A stretch of DNA of 64,000 nucleotides from Octopus vulgaris (GCA_951406725.2 OX597824.1:76756001-76820000); one strand, 5' to 3'. Counted from the stretch's first letter, positions 40,901-55,102 are shown. Translations and numbers: made by a program. The notes: generated from the letters alone by a model not told the origin.

Positions 40901-41886
40901 GGCAGCCAATACAAATTTTTTATTAATGGTTTTAGGGATAAAAATAGAAAGTGACAATTGTTATGGTACTCATCGTTCCATGCCAAAAGGCATTCGTTCC
41001 GGACTGGTTTTTCAGTCGTGCTCTGAAATATTTTTGAAACAATTAGATGCTTCCCCTCTCAGGAAAAGTTCGTAACTGTGAGATGCTTGAGCTGAGTTAT
41101 TTCATCTTGAACATCTTAAACGCTAACAGATCTATCAATAATCTATCAATAATGGGAGGATGAAACATATTCACAGATAGAAAAAGAGGTAAAAGAATAG
41201 GAGGAAGAGACTGGAAGAAAAAAAGAGTAAAGAAATTAGAAAATGGGGTAAATAGGAAGAAAAAGAATAAGGTTAGAGCGATGATGAAAGAAGTGAAGAA
41301 AATCGATTCTGATGATATTCATATATGTATAAGTTCATATGCTATTAGATGATTCTGATGTGACCCATTTCCATAACAAGCTCTTATTAACGTGTCTGCA
41401 CTGCACACGTATTATATCTTATCTGATGTTTAGATATTGTCTGATGTTTAAACAATGCTACTTGTTATGCAAATAGTTTTGAGCGTTTTTATCCTCCTTA
41501 GTTCAAAGATCACATCTTTTGTTTCCATTCTTATAGGTTCAGATTTTAAGATAATTTCTCATTCGATGCTGTATTTGGAAGCGTTTTCTTTTGATTTCTT
41601 CTGCACTCACCCTTCCCGTTTCTTCCACTGCTAATATGTTCACTCTTATCTATCACTGGTGTGTTGTTCTCTCCTTAGAGTATAAAAAATATTTTCTCTT
41701 CGATTTTTTTTCTTTCACCGCGTTTCAACATCACCGACATCATTAACGCTTGTGATGTTAAAGAGGAAAGGCTCAACTCGACCACTTGTGCGTCAATGCG
41801 GCAATGGTAATCATTTCTAATTACTTTTTCATCGTAATTGTTAACACAGTTGAGAGATCAGTCCCGATCTATTATTAGTAACCTAA

Positions 41887-42212
41887 TCTATATATATATA
41901 AAGTTGAGGTTGTCTGTGTATGGCAGGTTTGGTAGCCTTCAACTAACACTATCTCCTCCGAGACCCTGCGGCGCAAGTTGACCAAAATTGAGAATATGAT
42001 AGAAGGCTTGTTCTTCCTTCCGTAGAAGATAAAATTCAAATCGGACAATGTTAAGACCAAAAATTATTTACATGAAAAATGTGGGGTTTTTTTCTATGAA
42101 AATCCCTATTTTTTAATAATTTTTTGACTGCATAATGCAAAATTTTTACTTTTCAAAAATTTCAATTCTAATGGGTCGAAACAAACCCGAGCAAATCGGG
42201 CGATACTGCTAG
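41887..42212 (+). mobile_element. Non-autonomous Helitron (same family)
   Basis: 5' TC, subterminal hairpin CCCGAGCAAATCGGG, 3' CTAG, A/T target; first ~240 bp align with the 40275 copy. Confidence 0.85.
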
Positions 42213-42878
42213 TTGTCTATAATATGGAATTAAAGAATTAGACTTTTATATTTTCTCTAATGAACTATGATTCGAATTTCATCAAAATTGGAGATTAAAA
42301 ATTTTAATGAGGGTTCTTTCCCTCTTTACACACCCTAACAAAAATTCTAATCATGACATATTTATCCCAAACTACTCATCTTTATGCCCAGATTCTGAAA
42401 TCCAAATCTTTTAAAACCTATTCAAAGGTTTTTGCTCTTGAAAAATGGAGCACATGGACCACATGGAGCTTTAAAATGTGGAAGTTAAGGTCCCTATTAG
42501 ATGGGGTGTTTTAAAGTCAGCCAGAGAAGTTGAATTGTTGGGAGTCTTTTTTAACTTGTTTCATATCTATTGTTCAAATTTCTTTGAAATCGGAAATATT
42601 TGAATGTTCACTGGGTTTGTAAAAAAGAGCAAAGCTAGAGGAAAACAAGTTCCAAATGTGAATTTGTCTGTGGTAACTACTTCCCAAAGATGGAGCCTTG
42701 TATCTTTGTTGGAAACCGGCTCCCTTCTCAGTGGAAGATTTATAATAATCAAAAAGGAGGAGACACATACGAAAAAACCCTGTTGATGATGTTGAAATTC
42801 CAACGAAGGAGCCTTGGAATTTGGTTTGAAACCTTGAAATAAAACTGAATACATACATACATACATACATACATGGAA

Positions 42879-43078
42879 TGGAAGCACTCCGTCGGTTCCG
42901 ACGACGAGGGTTCCGGTTAATCCGAATCAACGGAACAGCCTGCTCGTGAAATTAACGTGTAAGTGGCTGAGCACTCCACAGACACGTGTACCCTTAACGT
43001 AGTTCTCGGGGATATTCAGCGTGACACAGAGAGTGACAAGGCCGGCCCTTTGAAATACAGGTACAACAGAAACAAGAA

Positions 43079-43141
<63 letters not shown>

Positions 43142-43188
43142 GTGGTGAAAGAGTACAGCAGGAATCACCACCATCCCCTGCCGGAGCC
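42879..43188 (-). mobile_element. SINE group A lacking its head, with internal (GA)n expansion
   Basis: Matches the group A body; GAGTGAGAGAAA is replaced by (GA)n at 43083-43139. Confidence 0.88.
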
Positions 43189-43220
43189 CCAAAATTCAAC
43201 CAAATTATTCTGTCATATTC

Positions 43221-43382
43221 TGTTGTGTCTGGGGAGAGTCATTTTCTTTTTGTGCCTTATAATGCAACACATTCACCAGTAAAATTTCCACTTATTTCTT
43301 ATTTTTATGTTTTGAAAAAAATTTTACTAGTGAGTGTTACATATAAGGCACAAAAAGAAAATCACTCTCCCCAGACACAACA
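43221..43382. mobile_element. Small foldback MITE (~65-bp arms)
   Basis: TGTTGTGTCTGGGGAGAGT.ATTTTCTTTTTGTGCCTTATA is inverted at 43342-43382. Confidence 0.8.
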
Positions 43383-43607
43383 TAACATACTTCAACACAC
43401 GAACTCATATAAAGAACCTTGCAAACCAAATCCAAAAACGAAATATTCTGTCATATTTCTCGGGAAAACATCAAACTTATGATTGGTAGTTGCTTGAAAG
43501 TCTTCACGGTGCTACCTTCATATGTTAAAAGAATATACAATACCATGTGGTGAAGAAAAATACTCTTTCGAAATAAATATAGAGATCCCCTCTGCTATTT
43601 AATACCT

Positions 43608-43916
43608 CTCTTCTAGCCCTTTTCAAGCCTAGCCAGGCTCATGGGCCCGGTTTTCCGGTGTCTATGGCATATGGGCTCCCCCCAGTTGGACAGGTCGGCA
43701 GTCCATCGCAGCGTTACTCAAGAAACAGGAAGCGAGAGTGAGAGAAACTTGGGGCGAAAGAGTACAACAGGGGTCGCCACCATCCCCTGCCAGGTCCTCG
43801 TGGAGCTTTAAGTGTTTTCGCTCAATAAACACACACAACGCTCGGTCTGGGAATCGAAACCGCGATCCACCGACCGCGAGTCAGCTGCCCTAACCACTGG
43901 GCCATTGCGCCTCCAC
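43608..43916 (-). mobile_element. SINE with group A head and V-domain-like body
   Basis: Minus-strand CTGCGATGGACTGCCGACCTGTCCA; TSD ATTTAATACCT at 43597-43607 and 43917-43927. Confidence 0.85.
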
Positions 43917-43949
43917 ATTTAATACCTACACAAACATTAATCTAGAAAA

Positions 43950-44085
43950 CATATTAGTGAAACATATCAAACGAAACTTCTGTCAAGTATAGACATAACA
44001 GATCGGATATTGTTGTTTGGGACAGAAACGGAAAAATATGTACCATTGTGGATATCAGCTACACTGTTGATTTGAATATCACTGA
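43950..44085 (+). pseudogene. Restriction-like endonuclease fragment of an R4/Dong-like retrotransposon
   Basis: Reads YRHNRSDIVVWDRNGKICTIVDISYTVDLNI (HNRPDIVV.D...C.IIDVS.P.D.N pattern). Confidence 0.7.
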
Positions 44086-44091
44086 AAATCC

Positions 44092-44273
44092 TTTTCTACT
44101 CTAGGCATAAGGTCAAAATTTTTGGGGAGAGGACCAGTTGATTAGATCGACCCCAGTACGCCACTGGTACGTAATTTATCAACCCCGGCGGAATTTGAAC
44201 TCAGAACGTAAAGACAGACGAAATACGTCTAAGCATTTCGCCCGGTGTACTAACGATTCTGCCAGCTCACCGC
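44092..44273 (-). mobile_element. SINE group C, internally deleted
   Basis: GGCGGAATTTGAACTCAGAACGTA...GCATTTCGCCCGG...CTGCCAGCTC. Confidence 0.8.
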
Positions 44274-45099
44274 CCGTCTAAGTATTTATATTGTTTCCTA
44301 AATATTCGTTATATCGGTTTCAAATTTTGTGACAGGGCCAGCAAGAACGGGTTAGGAGCCTGTCGATTAAGTCAACACCAGTGAATAAATGGTACTTATT
44401 TTGTCGGGATTTGAAATCGGAACGTGCTAACGTTTTTGCCAGCTCGCCTATGGACAACAGTTTCGAAAACTCCCGCTTTTATATCCAGACTAGCTATTTT
44501 GATCCGTGCATCGCTCGGGTTTTGGTAGTGGTGTTGTTTTGTGCGTGTTGTGTCCTTTTTCTCTTTCTTCTTTTGTTCCTCTTCTTTGCATTTCCCATAT
44601 TCCTCATCACGGCAACGAAATGGTAGCCCTGAGTAAATTGCAACCCTCCTCACACCATTGTCCACCCCATTTTATCCCCAGTGTAAATTATTTTGGTGCC
44701 AATGCGACCCTATTCTACCGCCGCTTAAACCGTTCCCATCCCAAAATGAGACAAACACACAAGAATTCAAACAACTTTTTTCGCATTTCGACTTTATGGC
44801 TATTGATTATTAATTCTTATTTAAACTAATGATAATTAGTTCACATGGTTTTGTGAGTAAATGCATAAATTCTAATCTTGCTAAGCTGAGATTTTCAGAA
44901 AAAGAAATTTACCTACTACAGCTCATATTACAAATATTATCTGTATGTTGAACAGTAAAAATAAGCAAGAATTTTCTCGGTTTAAAATGTGAATTTGGTT
45001 TTGTTATCTACATTCCAATTCGTATCTTTGTTAGAAACCAACTCTTTCCTCAGAGGAAGAATTCATATAATTAAAAACAGAGAACACGTATCATACGTA

Positions 45100-45722
45100 C
45101 TAACTTACATACATAATGCATACGCACATAGATACATAAATACATACATACATACATACACACGTACACATACATATACATGTACACATACATACATACA
45201 CATACATACATACATGCTTACACTCGTGCACACACCAACAAACATACATACACGCACACACGTACACATACATACATACCTACAAACATACACACATTCA
45301 TACAAACATGCATACATACATACATCGACACATACATGCACACGTACAGATACATAGATACATGCAAACACAAACGTACACATACATACATACATACACA
45401 CGTACAGATACATAGATACATGCAAACACACACGTACACATACATACATACACACGTACAGATACAGAGATACATGCAAACACACACGTACACATACATA
45501 CATACATACATACACATATACATATACATAAATACATAAAAACATACATAAATACATAAAAACATACATAAATACATAAATACATACATAAATACATACA
45601 TACATACATACATACATACATACATACATACATACATACATACATGCATACACACATACATACATACATACATACATACATACATACATACATACATACA
45701 TACATAAAAACATACATACATA
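45100..45722. repeat. (CATA)n-derived array containing a ~45-50-bp minisatellite
   Basis: Unit ACACGTACAGATACATAGATACATGCAAACAC occurs three times at ~45340-45485. Confidence 0.9.
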
Positions 45723-45779
45723 TTACACCCTCCATATTTACTGCTATTTCATTAATTGATTTTCACCATCACTACCACC

Positions 45780-45813
<34 letters not shown>

Positions 45814-46436
45814 TCATCAACAACAACATTCGAGATTTTTTTTAAGCTCCTCTCAAAGATTCTCTCTCTCTCTCCCTCTCTCTCTCTCTCTCTCACTCTC
45901 TCTCTCTCTCTCTCTGTCCTACTCAAACACGTTCGTCTATTGATTATTCTTCGTTATTGCGCCCACGCGAGCATGTGTTGAAGAAAATGATATATTCTTT
46001 TTTATGTATATATCTCTTGTTTGTGTACGAATATGTATATATGTGTATATATATATTTGTATGTACTTATACGTCACCATTTCTTATTCTTGCTTTTTGT
46101 TTGTTTGTTTTTTGTTCTTCTCTATCATTAAATCGTGACTATAAATTCAACAGGTCTTACCTACGCCTCCTCTTTTCGTCTACTCTATGTCGTATATTAA
46201 TAACTATTTCATGGCAAGGCATACATTCTTCGATGAACTTTTAAACTAAAAATTTGATCTTTTCAGTGTTGATGCCGCTGGGGTGGGGACAAAGGAAACG
46301 TGGGCAGTAAATGTGAGAGTCAGGTCAAATCCATAATGACACTCTCTAAAGTACACATACATTCTCGACTTGCTATAAATAGCAACGGTATCTTCATACA
46401 AACCATACCTGATAGACAGGTATACATTTATATCTA

Positions 46437-46472
<36 letters not shown>

Positions 46473-46473
46473 C

Positions 46474-46530
<57 letters not shown>

Positions 46531-46626
46531 CCTATCTATCTATCTATCTATCTATCTATATATATATATTCACGTTTAAATCAAAAGAAGTTAACAAACG
46601 GAAAATATGACACACCTGTGTATGTG

Positions 46627-46667
<41 letters not shown>

Positions 46668-47125
46668 GCATATATGGGTACAGGACGTCACAAATCGGAA
46701 ACAACATGAAATACGAAAGCAAACTTGGGTATGCAAACAATGAGAGAAACAAATGGAAAACAAGACAAGTAACATAAAAGACAACCCTTCATCAGTTGTC
46801 GGCTGTCCATCTACTCCACATTTCGAGCAATTCACAGTGAAGGGGAGAAAAAATAATTAGAGAAAGGATGAGACGGAAAAACGAAAGGGTGAAAAGAAAA
46901 GAATTAGAGAAAGTGAGAGCGAGAAAATGAAAGGAGGAGAGAGAGAGAGAACAGTACAGGGTAGAGTCACATCAAAATTATTAAGATAAACTTATATTTA
47001 TAATTCAAAAATGCGTGTAGTAAATATATAAACTAACAGATACGAACAGAAAACACAGATCACTAAATCTTCATCAGTTATCGGCCTGAGGGTCAAACGC
47101 AATTTCAGCCATTATACACACACAT

Positions 47126-47218
<93 letters not shown>

Positions 47219-47219
47219 C

Positions 47220-47258
<39 letters not shown>

Positions 47259-47914
47259 TACGAACATACGTCCATACATACATACAAACATACATACATA
47301 CATACATACATACATACATGCATACATACATACGTACATACATACGTACATACATACATACGTACATACATACATACATACATACATACGTTTATACAAA
47401 TAAAAATACATACGTACATACATACATACGTACATACAAACATACATACATAAACACATAGATACATAATACATACATACATACATACATACCTACATAC
47501 ATACATACATGCATACGTAACACAGCTTAACATGGATATATGATCGAAAGTCACACCACTGACGTGTCCGTCTTGCGAAAGTTTCTCGAACAGACGTCTG
47601 GTGCTAAAGAGCCAAAAATTTTATCAATAACAGATGCAAAGCGTCTAGTGGCATATGTGGAATTATCCAATCATGATGTCTGCAATTTTGCCCATTGTCA
47701 GTAGCAAGTATCTTCTATCATTCTATCAACTGCATACTTAGATAAATTTCGCTTCTGTTAATACCAGAAAACAGTGATTAACAAATCAGTGTTGTTGGAA
47801 ACAGCTAGCAAGATGAGGGAAAATTCGTTAGTAGCGACAGAAACAGTGTTGGTTCAGAACATCATTCTTTATATATCTTAATGTAGGAATGATGTATGTA
47901 TGTATGTATGTATG

Positions 47915-47948
<34 letters not shown>

Positions 47949-48099
47949 TGTATGTATGTATGTATGTATGTATGTATGTATGTATGTATGTATGCATGCA
48001 TGCATGTATGTATGTATGTATGTATATATGTATGTATTTATGTATGTTTGTATGTTTGTATGAGTGTCGTATATATATGTGCAGATTTTTATGCTTCGT

Positions 48100-48250
48100 C
48101 TTAAGTATGTATTCTTTCTGTGTTCTTTTCTGAGGAAGAGCGTAGGCTCGAAACGTTAAAGAATTTTTTCACTTCCCGAGCGTTATACTATAATACATCG
48201 GATTTTTTCTACACCTCCTGTCTTCGTCTTTTGTTTTTTGCGAATTCTCT

Positions 48251-48253
<3 letters not shown>
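48100..48253 (+). mobile_element. Penelope-type terminal repeat with canonical hammerhead core
   Basis: CTGAGGA-A-GAGC-GTAG-GCTC-GAAACGTTA at 48130-48158; matches 29100-29190; ends at (TA)n. Confidence 0.8.
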
Positions 48254-48305
<52 letters not shown>

Positions 48306-48307
<2 letters not shown>

Positions 48308-48500
48308 GAACGGGAAGGTTTACGAAAATAAACAAAAGACGAAGGCAGGTGGAGTACAAACAAACAAATGTATTAGTATGGCGCTCAGGAATAGAAATAG
48401 AACAAGTCTTTTACGTTTCGAGCCTACGCTCTTCGACAGATAGATACACAGAAAAATAAACAAGGAGAGAAACAAGGAGAGAAAAAAATGCGTGTAGGAG
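48306..48500 (-). mobile_element. Penelope-type terminal repeat, inverted relative to the 48100 copy
   Basis: Minus-strand CTGTCGAAGAGCGTAGGCTCGAAACGTA at 48412-48439 and CTTCGTCTTTTGTTT tail. Confidence 0.78.
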
Positions 48501-48521
48501 CTAACAATCTATCATGGCGTC

Positions 48522-48807
<286 letters not shown>

Positions 48808-49171
48808 CCGTTTGTACACATTCATATACATACATAAACACGTGCGTACATATATCTAGACATACATTCACACACACACGTATAATATACGCACACAACC
48901 TCCCTCCACCCCCCACCCCATACACACTCACACAAAACACTGAAGTCTGTGAATTGCCATCAACCTAATAAGTAGGCATAAACACACGTCCCTGAGCAAC
49001 ACTTAACCGCACAAAAGGAAAGTAACCCGTCTTCGAGACAAAGTTTTATCTTTCACCTGTCAGCACGTGGCTTGTTTTATTGGTACTTATTTTATTTATT
49101 GTTTGTTGTTTCATTGAACTGCAAAAAAAAAAAAAAAAAAAATTAGTCTTCTGAGGCACGTGTGTATGTGT

Positions 49172-49216
<45 letters not shown>

Positions 49217-49353
49217 AGCTGTGTGTGTGTGTGTTGTCTGTGTGCATGTGTGCGTGTGCGTATGTGCGTGTACATGTGAGTGCGTGGTTAAATAGATAAA
49301 TCTGACATACATGTACGTATGTACACATATGTGTGGGTGTGTGTATACACACA

Positions 49354-49431
<78 letters not shown>

Positions 49432-49475
49432 GATTCGTTCCGTTTCGTTTCGTTTCTTCTTCTGCCAGTACAGTT

Positions 49476-49548
<73 letters not shown>

Positions 49549-49628
49549 ATAAATATGTAAATATATATATGCATTATAAATATAGATATATATATATGTA
49601 TGTATATATGTATATATATATATATATA

Positions 49629-49762
49629 TACTAAGCAATTAAGGGTTTATAACGAATTGCCTCACACACACCGAATTTAGAAATAGCAGTCAAAGAGTTA
49701 TAGCTATTCTAAATTCGGTGTGTGGTGAGGCAATTCGTTGCTAAACCCTTAATTGCTTAGTA
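49629..49762. repeat. Imperfect palindrome, ~58-bp arms with a 15-nt spacer
   Basis: TACTAAGCAATTAAGGGTTTA...CACACCGAATTTAGAAATAGC and GCTATTCTAAATTCGGTGTG...TAAACCCTTAATTGCTTAGTA. Confidence 0.9.
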
Positions 49763-49860
49763 TTACTTAAATTTTCCTCGAATGAGGCTTTTACATGCCG
49801 AAATCTACTTGGTGTAATTAATAATTATTCCAAATTAATTAATTTCACCCTATATTGTTA

Positions 49861-49923
<63 letters not shown>

Positions 49924-49953
49924 AGTATATATATATATATATGTGTCTGTGTA

Positions 49954-50003
<50 letters not shown>

Positions 50004-50027
50004 TATGTATATATACATATATACATA

Positions 50028-50176
50028 GGCGCAGGAGTGGCTGTGTGGTAAGTAGCTTGCTTACCAACCACATGGTTCCGGGTTCAGTCCCACTGCGTGG
50101 CACCTTGGGTAAATGTCTTCTACAATAGCCTCGGGCCAACCAAAGCCTTGTGAGTTGATTTGGTAGACGGAAACTA
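50028..50176 (+). mobile_element. SINE group B 5' part
   Basis: GGCGCAGGAGTGGCTGTGTGGTAAGTAGC...GGTAGACGGAAACT. Confidence 0.88.
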
Positions 50177-51241
50177 AAATTACTACCTTTTTCTATAGCA
50201 AGTTGATGCAAGTAGTTTGCATCAACTTAATATATATAAAATTACCATCGGTGTATATACTGAGTGAGATTAAGTTCGTCTACGAATTGCTAAACAGATG
50301 TCTGTTCTTCATTGCATTTTGTATAAGTAGCCATACGTAAACACTCTCAACATTTGCTTTTTCTGCTCCATACACTCTCTCGCTTTCTCTTTCTCTTTCT
50401 CTCTCGATCGGATGGTGTAAGCATTCCTGATGAGCTTGTTAAAATACACGAAACTCTTTCGAACTGTTAATCAGTCCTGCTCGGGGGGCTTTTAGGTTTC
50501 ACCGTACTGTTTTAATAAACACGGAAAAACTAAATACATTTACATTAAATCTACACATTCAAATGTATTTAAAACACATATTAGTGTTTTTGAAAACGTA
50601 ATATTTTGAAGTTGTATGTAAATTTAATGTAATCAAATAAAACAAGAAATATATTTATATGTGCGAAATTGAAGACAGCTTTTTTTTAAATCCTGTTTTA
50701 GATTTTGAAGCAATGGTAATATATTTTTCGTCGGTGATTAGTAGACGAATATTAACACCAAGTTAAATGCACAAATTTTCTCCAGGATTTTTCAAACAGA
50801 TTTTTTTCAAATTACTTTTAGTGAATTATGAAATTTATCTTGAAATTCAGTAAAAGAAGCAACATAGGTTGTTGTTGTTTTTTTACTTTTATTTTTATTT
50901 ATTTTTTTATCACTTAATCAATGGAATCTATGACAGCCATCTTTGAAAAGAAAATTGAGTTATCTGTCATTTTCTACAAAGCAAGAAACAAGAACTACGA
51001 CAACGATGACAGCAACAACAACAACAACAACTAGAACAACATCAACAACCAGAGACAACATATACGAATACATCGAATGAACAAGAAAGAAAATTGTTCA
51101 GCCTTCAAATTCGCATTTGCATTAAATTTTATTCCATTATATCAATGCATGCCGTATACACACAAGTAATTATATTGAATACAGACACAAACGCAGCAGA
51201 TGTATGCGTGTAGTATGTGTATATATGTATATTATATATAC

Positions 51242-51315
<74 letters not shown>

Positions 51316-51364
51316 ATTATATATATATATGTATACATGTATATATATATATGTGTGTGTGTGC

Positions 51365-51403
<39 letters not shown>

Positions 51404-51404
51404 C

Positions 51405-51451
<47 letters not shown>

Positions 51452-51867
51452 CATATATATATACGTATAACTATTATATAAAATCCGTTCTGTCTGTCTT
51501 CTAGGATCTCGGGCATCCTCCATCAGATTGTGCTCAAATTTGATATGTAGATACCGACGGTATCAGAGCGTGAAAAAATTGAAACAATTATAAAAATCGA
51601 TTCCAGGTGAGAATGCGTTCGATAAAGCCGCGGGAACGTGCATTTGTAAAATAGCATAGAAAAAAAGTCTATCTTTAATTCTTCTTTTGCTGGTGTCTCA
51701 AATTTAGGTTAAATCAGTGTTTCTCAAAGGGGAGGCCTATGGGACGGTCGAACAAGTTGTTTTGAGGAAATTTGGTTTAAATATTTGACAACTCAGCACC
51801 GACAAAAAAACAACAACAATGGAACAATTACAGTATTATTATTAATAGGCGCTCAGGAAATGGAAGC

Positions 51868-51869
<2 letters not shown>

Positions 51870-51923
<54 letters not shown>

Positions 51924-51930
51924 TAGATAG

Positions 51931-52021
<91 letters not shown>

Positions 52022-52022
52022 T
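51870..52022. repeat. (GA)n + (GATA)n microsatellite
   Basis: Direct reading. Confidence 0.95.
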
Positions 52023-52369
52023 AAACACTAGTACAGGCGACACCTGTATATATATAAATTATCACGGAAATTTATGTACGTTTGTATAAAAATTCGAGAT
52101 GCTTTGCTTCACGCAGAAGCTGCAGGAGTCACTGAAAGGTACTGTAAGTTTTTCGTATGAAACCATCGCAAAATTGCAACTCTTCCGTATTATGAACTAG
52201 TATTTCCAGGTTACGGTCATTTCGCCCTTTAAATCAATACTCCGCCTGATTAGGGCAATGATATGAAATTATCCTTGTAGATGTGGACCTATACTAAATT
52301 TTGGACACAGGGTTGTTCCATAGAATGACGGGCAACTTGTTGCATCGATGCGTATTTAATTAACGCACG

Positions 52370-52658
52370 TGCATACATATATGCATACATACAAACTGAG
52401 ACAAATACATACATACATACATACATACATACTTACATACATACATACGTACGTACGTACATACATACATACATACATACATACATACATACATACATAC
52501 ATACATACATGCATGCATGCATACATACATACATACATATATACATACATACATACGTACATACATACATACATACATACATACATACATACATACATAC
52601 ATACATACATACATACATACATACATACATACATACATACATACATACATACATACAT
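52370..52658. repeat. (CATA)n microsatellite
   Basis: Direct reading. Confidence 0.95.
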
Positions 52659-52766
52659 TACCTAAATACCAATCTCGAAACCAGAAAGGAGAAAACTGAT
52701 TCCAAGACTACAAACCCAAACCATCACCGGAACTTTAAGTATACATGAGCATGTCTAGATATGCAA

Positions 52767-52937
52767 GTAGGAGAGGCTGTGTGCTAAGTAGCTTGCTTAC
52801 CAACCACATGGTTCCGGGTTCAGTCCCACTGCGTGGCAGCTTGGGCAAGTGTCTTCTACTATAGCAACGGGCCGACCTAAGCCTTTTGAGTGGATTTGGT
52901 AGACGGAAACTCAAAGAAGCCCGTCGTATATATGTAC

Positions 52938-52994
<57 letters not shown>

Positions 52995-53097
52995 GGTGTG
53001 TGTGTGTGTGTGTGTTTTTTCCCCCTAACCCCAACATCGCTTGACAACCGATGCTGTGTTTACGTTCCCGTAATTTAGCGGTTCGGCAAAAAGAGAC
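52767..53097 (+). mobile_element. SINE group B, 3'-truncated
   Basis: Head, internal (TA)n(TG)n and part of the body. Confidence 0.85.
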
Positions 53098-53159
53098 ATA
53101 CATACATAAATGCATTTATACATATACATACACAACAGCTCACAGCTTTAGATAAAAAT

Positions 53160-54720
53160 CCAACAATTCACAGCTACAGCTGAAAAACGAAAATATAAAT
53201 CTACAACAAAAACTGCAAATATTAAATAAATAATTTGTCAGAGATCTCAAAGCAGCAACTCGTAGCGACAGCCTGAAAACTAAAATATAAATCTACGGTG
53301 TTTAATCGGCAAATGTTCAATAAATTACTTGCCAGAAATCCCGAGCGAGTTTATCGCAGCTTCAATGCAAAAACTCAATCTCTGTTAAAAACACCCCCAC
53401 AAAATATCAGGTGGAAGGCTACTTGAGATACAAGTGATAAATTTAGCAGCTAAGCTGCATGGCAAAAATAATTGGAGCAGGACAACTACCATCATGCTCA
53501 GCAAAAGCAATATGAAATGGCGAAATACCCGAAACAACTCTACAGAAATTGCCAAACAGGGAATATCCAGACCCACACCCCATAACATTTTACTGGCTGA
53601 AGAATTTCACGTTTTATAGGCAGGATCTGATACGGTTGAAAGGAGAAGGTATCAAGAGCACACAAGAACTGCCCTAATGTTTATTAACTGCAACTATTCG
53701 CCTCATTCCGCAAAATAGTCAAACCACCCTTGCTGAAAATTACCATCCAATGGCCTGCCAGAACCTCATGTGCAAACTATATACTGAGTGAATCAATCTG
53801 TTCTCGCAGGATCATTGTACCACCAACAAAATTATAACACCTGAGCAAGCTGGAAGAAAGAGGATATGGGCTGCATACAGCAGCTATTAATTAACAAAAT
53901 GATCTGGGAAGAAACAGTAAAAGATTTCTGGAACTTAATCCTAGTATGGCTGGACTAGCAGAAAGCTTTCGATAGTATACTCTGTGGATGGATTATCAAA
54001 GCTTTATAGTTAACGAAAGTCCCACAACCACTAGTGAGTGCTATTGAACGCTTTGCAAAGACTTCGGACATCTATTTTCTCTTTAGGAGTGATATTGTTT
54101 GTTCCTTCTCGAGCCCTCCCTGTCCCATAATGGCCGGTTTCCCGGTTTCTTTGGCGTATAGTTTCCCCAAATGGACGGGATGTCGGTCCGTCGCAGGTAA
54201 GCAGCTAGATGCAGGAGGAAAGAGTGAGAGAAAGTTGTGGCGAAAGAGTCAGCTGAAGTTCGCCATTACCTTCTGCAGGAGCCGCGTGGAGCTTAGGTGT
54301 TTCGCTCATAAACACATACATCGCCCGGTCTGAGATTCGAATCTGCGATCCCTCGACCGCAAGTCCGCTGCTCTAACCACTAAGCCATGTGCCTCCACCT
54401 TAGGAGTGATAAGGAGGATTAAATTAACTCTGAAAGCTTTCATTACTATAAAGGCATCTTTCAGGGTGATAATCTATCAGCGTTACTCTTTGTCCGCTCA
54501 TTACATCCACTCTGATACCTACTTACAAAAACAGTGGCCATAGAAATGAATCTAGAAGTATCTACCATTTTTTTCTTTATCGGCGACCTGAAACTGTATA
54601 GGCCAAACATACAAACATGAGTACCATGAAATTCCAACGAAAGAGCTTTGGATCAAGGTTACAAACCAGCTCTTTCTCCATTGGCAACAAATCTAGCAAT
54701 AAGACTGAGTAATAACACAC
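53160..54720 (+). pseudogene. Decayed reverse transcriptase of an R4/Dong-like non-LTR retrotransposon, interrupted by a SINE
   Basis: Motifs in order: ARNPERVYRSF, FYWLKNF, ENYHPMACQNLMCKLYT, QQLLINKMI..NLILVWLD*QKAFDSI..WIIKAL, KGIFQGDNLSALLF, FIGDLKLY; multiple stops and frameshifts. Confidence 0.85.
54095..54399 (-). mobile_element. SINE with group A-like head and V-domain-like body
   Basis: TSD TTAGGAGTGATA at 54083-54094 and 54400-54411; minus-strand CTGCGACGGACCGACATCCCGTCCA. Confidence 0.85.
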
Positions 54721-54769
54721 ATTCATACCTTTACACAAACATGCATACACAAATACCGACACAGCATCT

Positions 54770-54848
54770 TACATACATACGTAGTTACGCACATACGAAC
54801 ATACATACATACATACATACATACATACATACATACATACATACATAC

Positions 54849-54879
<31 letters not shown>

Positions 54880-55073
54880 CATACATACACACATACATAC
54901 ATACATACATACATACATACATACATGAATATATACATACATACATGCATGCATACATACATACATACATACATACATACATGCATACATACATACATGC
55001 ATACATGCATACATGCATACATTCATACATACATACATACATACATACATACATACATACATACATACATACA

Positions 55074-55102
<29 letters not shown>
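54770..55102. repeat. (CATA)n microsatellite
   Basis: Direct reading. Confidence 0.95.

Noticed and set aside
51470-51760. Helitron-like 5' end and hAT-like CAGTGTTTCTCAAA
   Set aside because: Only single ends are visible, with no partner terminus or TSD.
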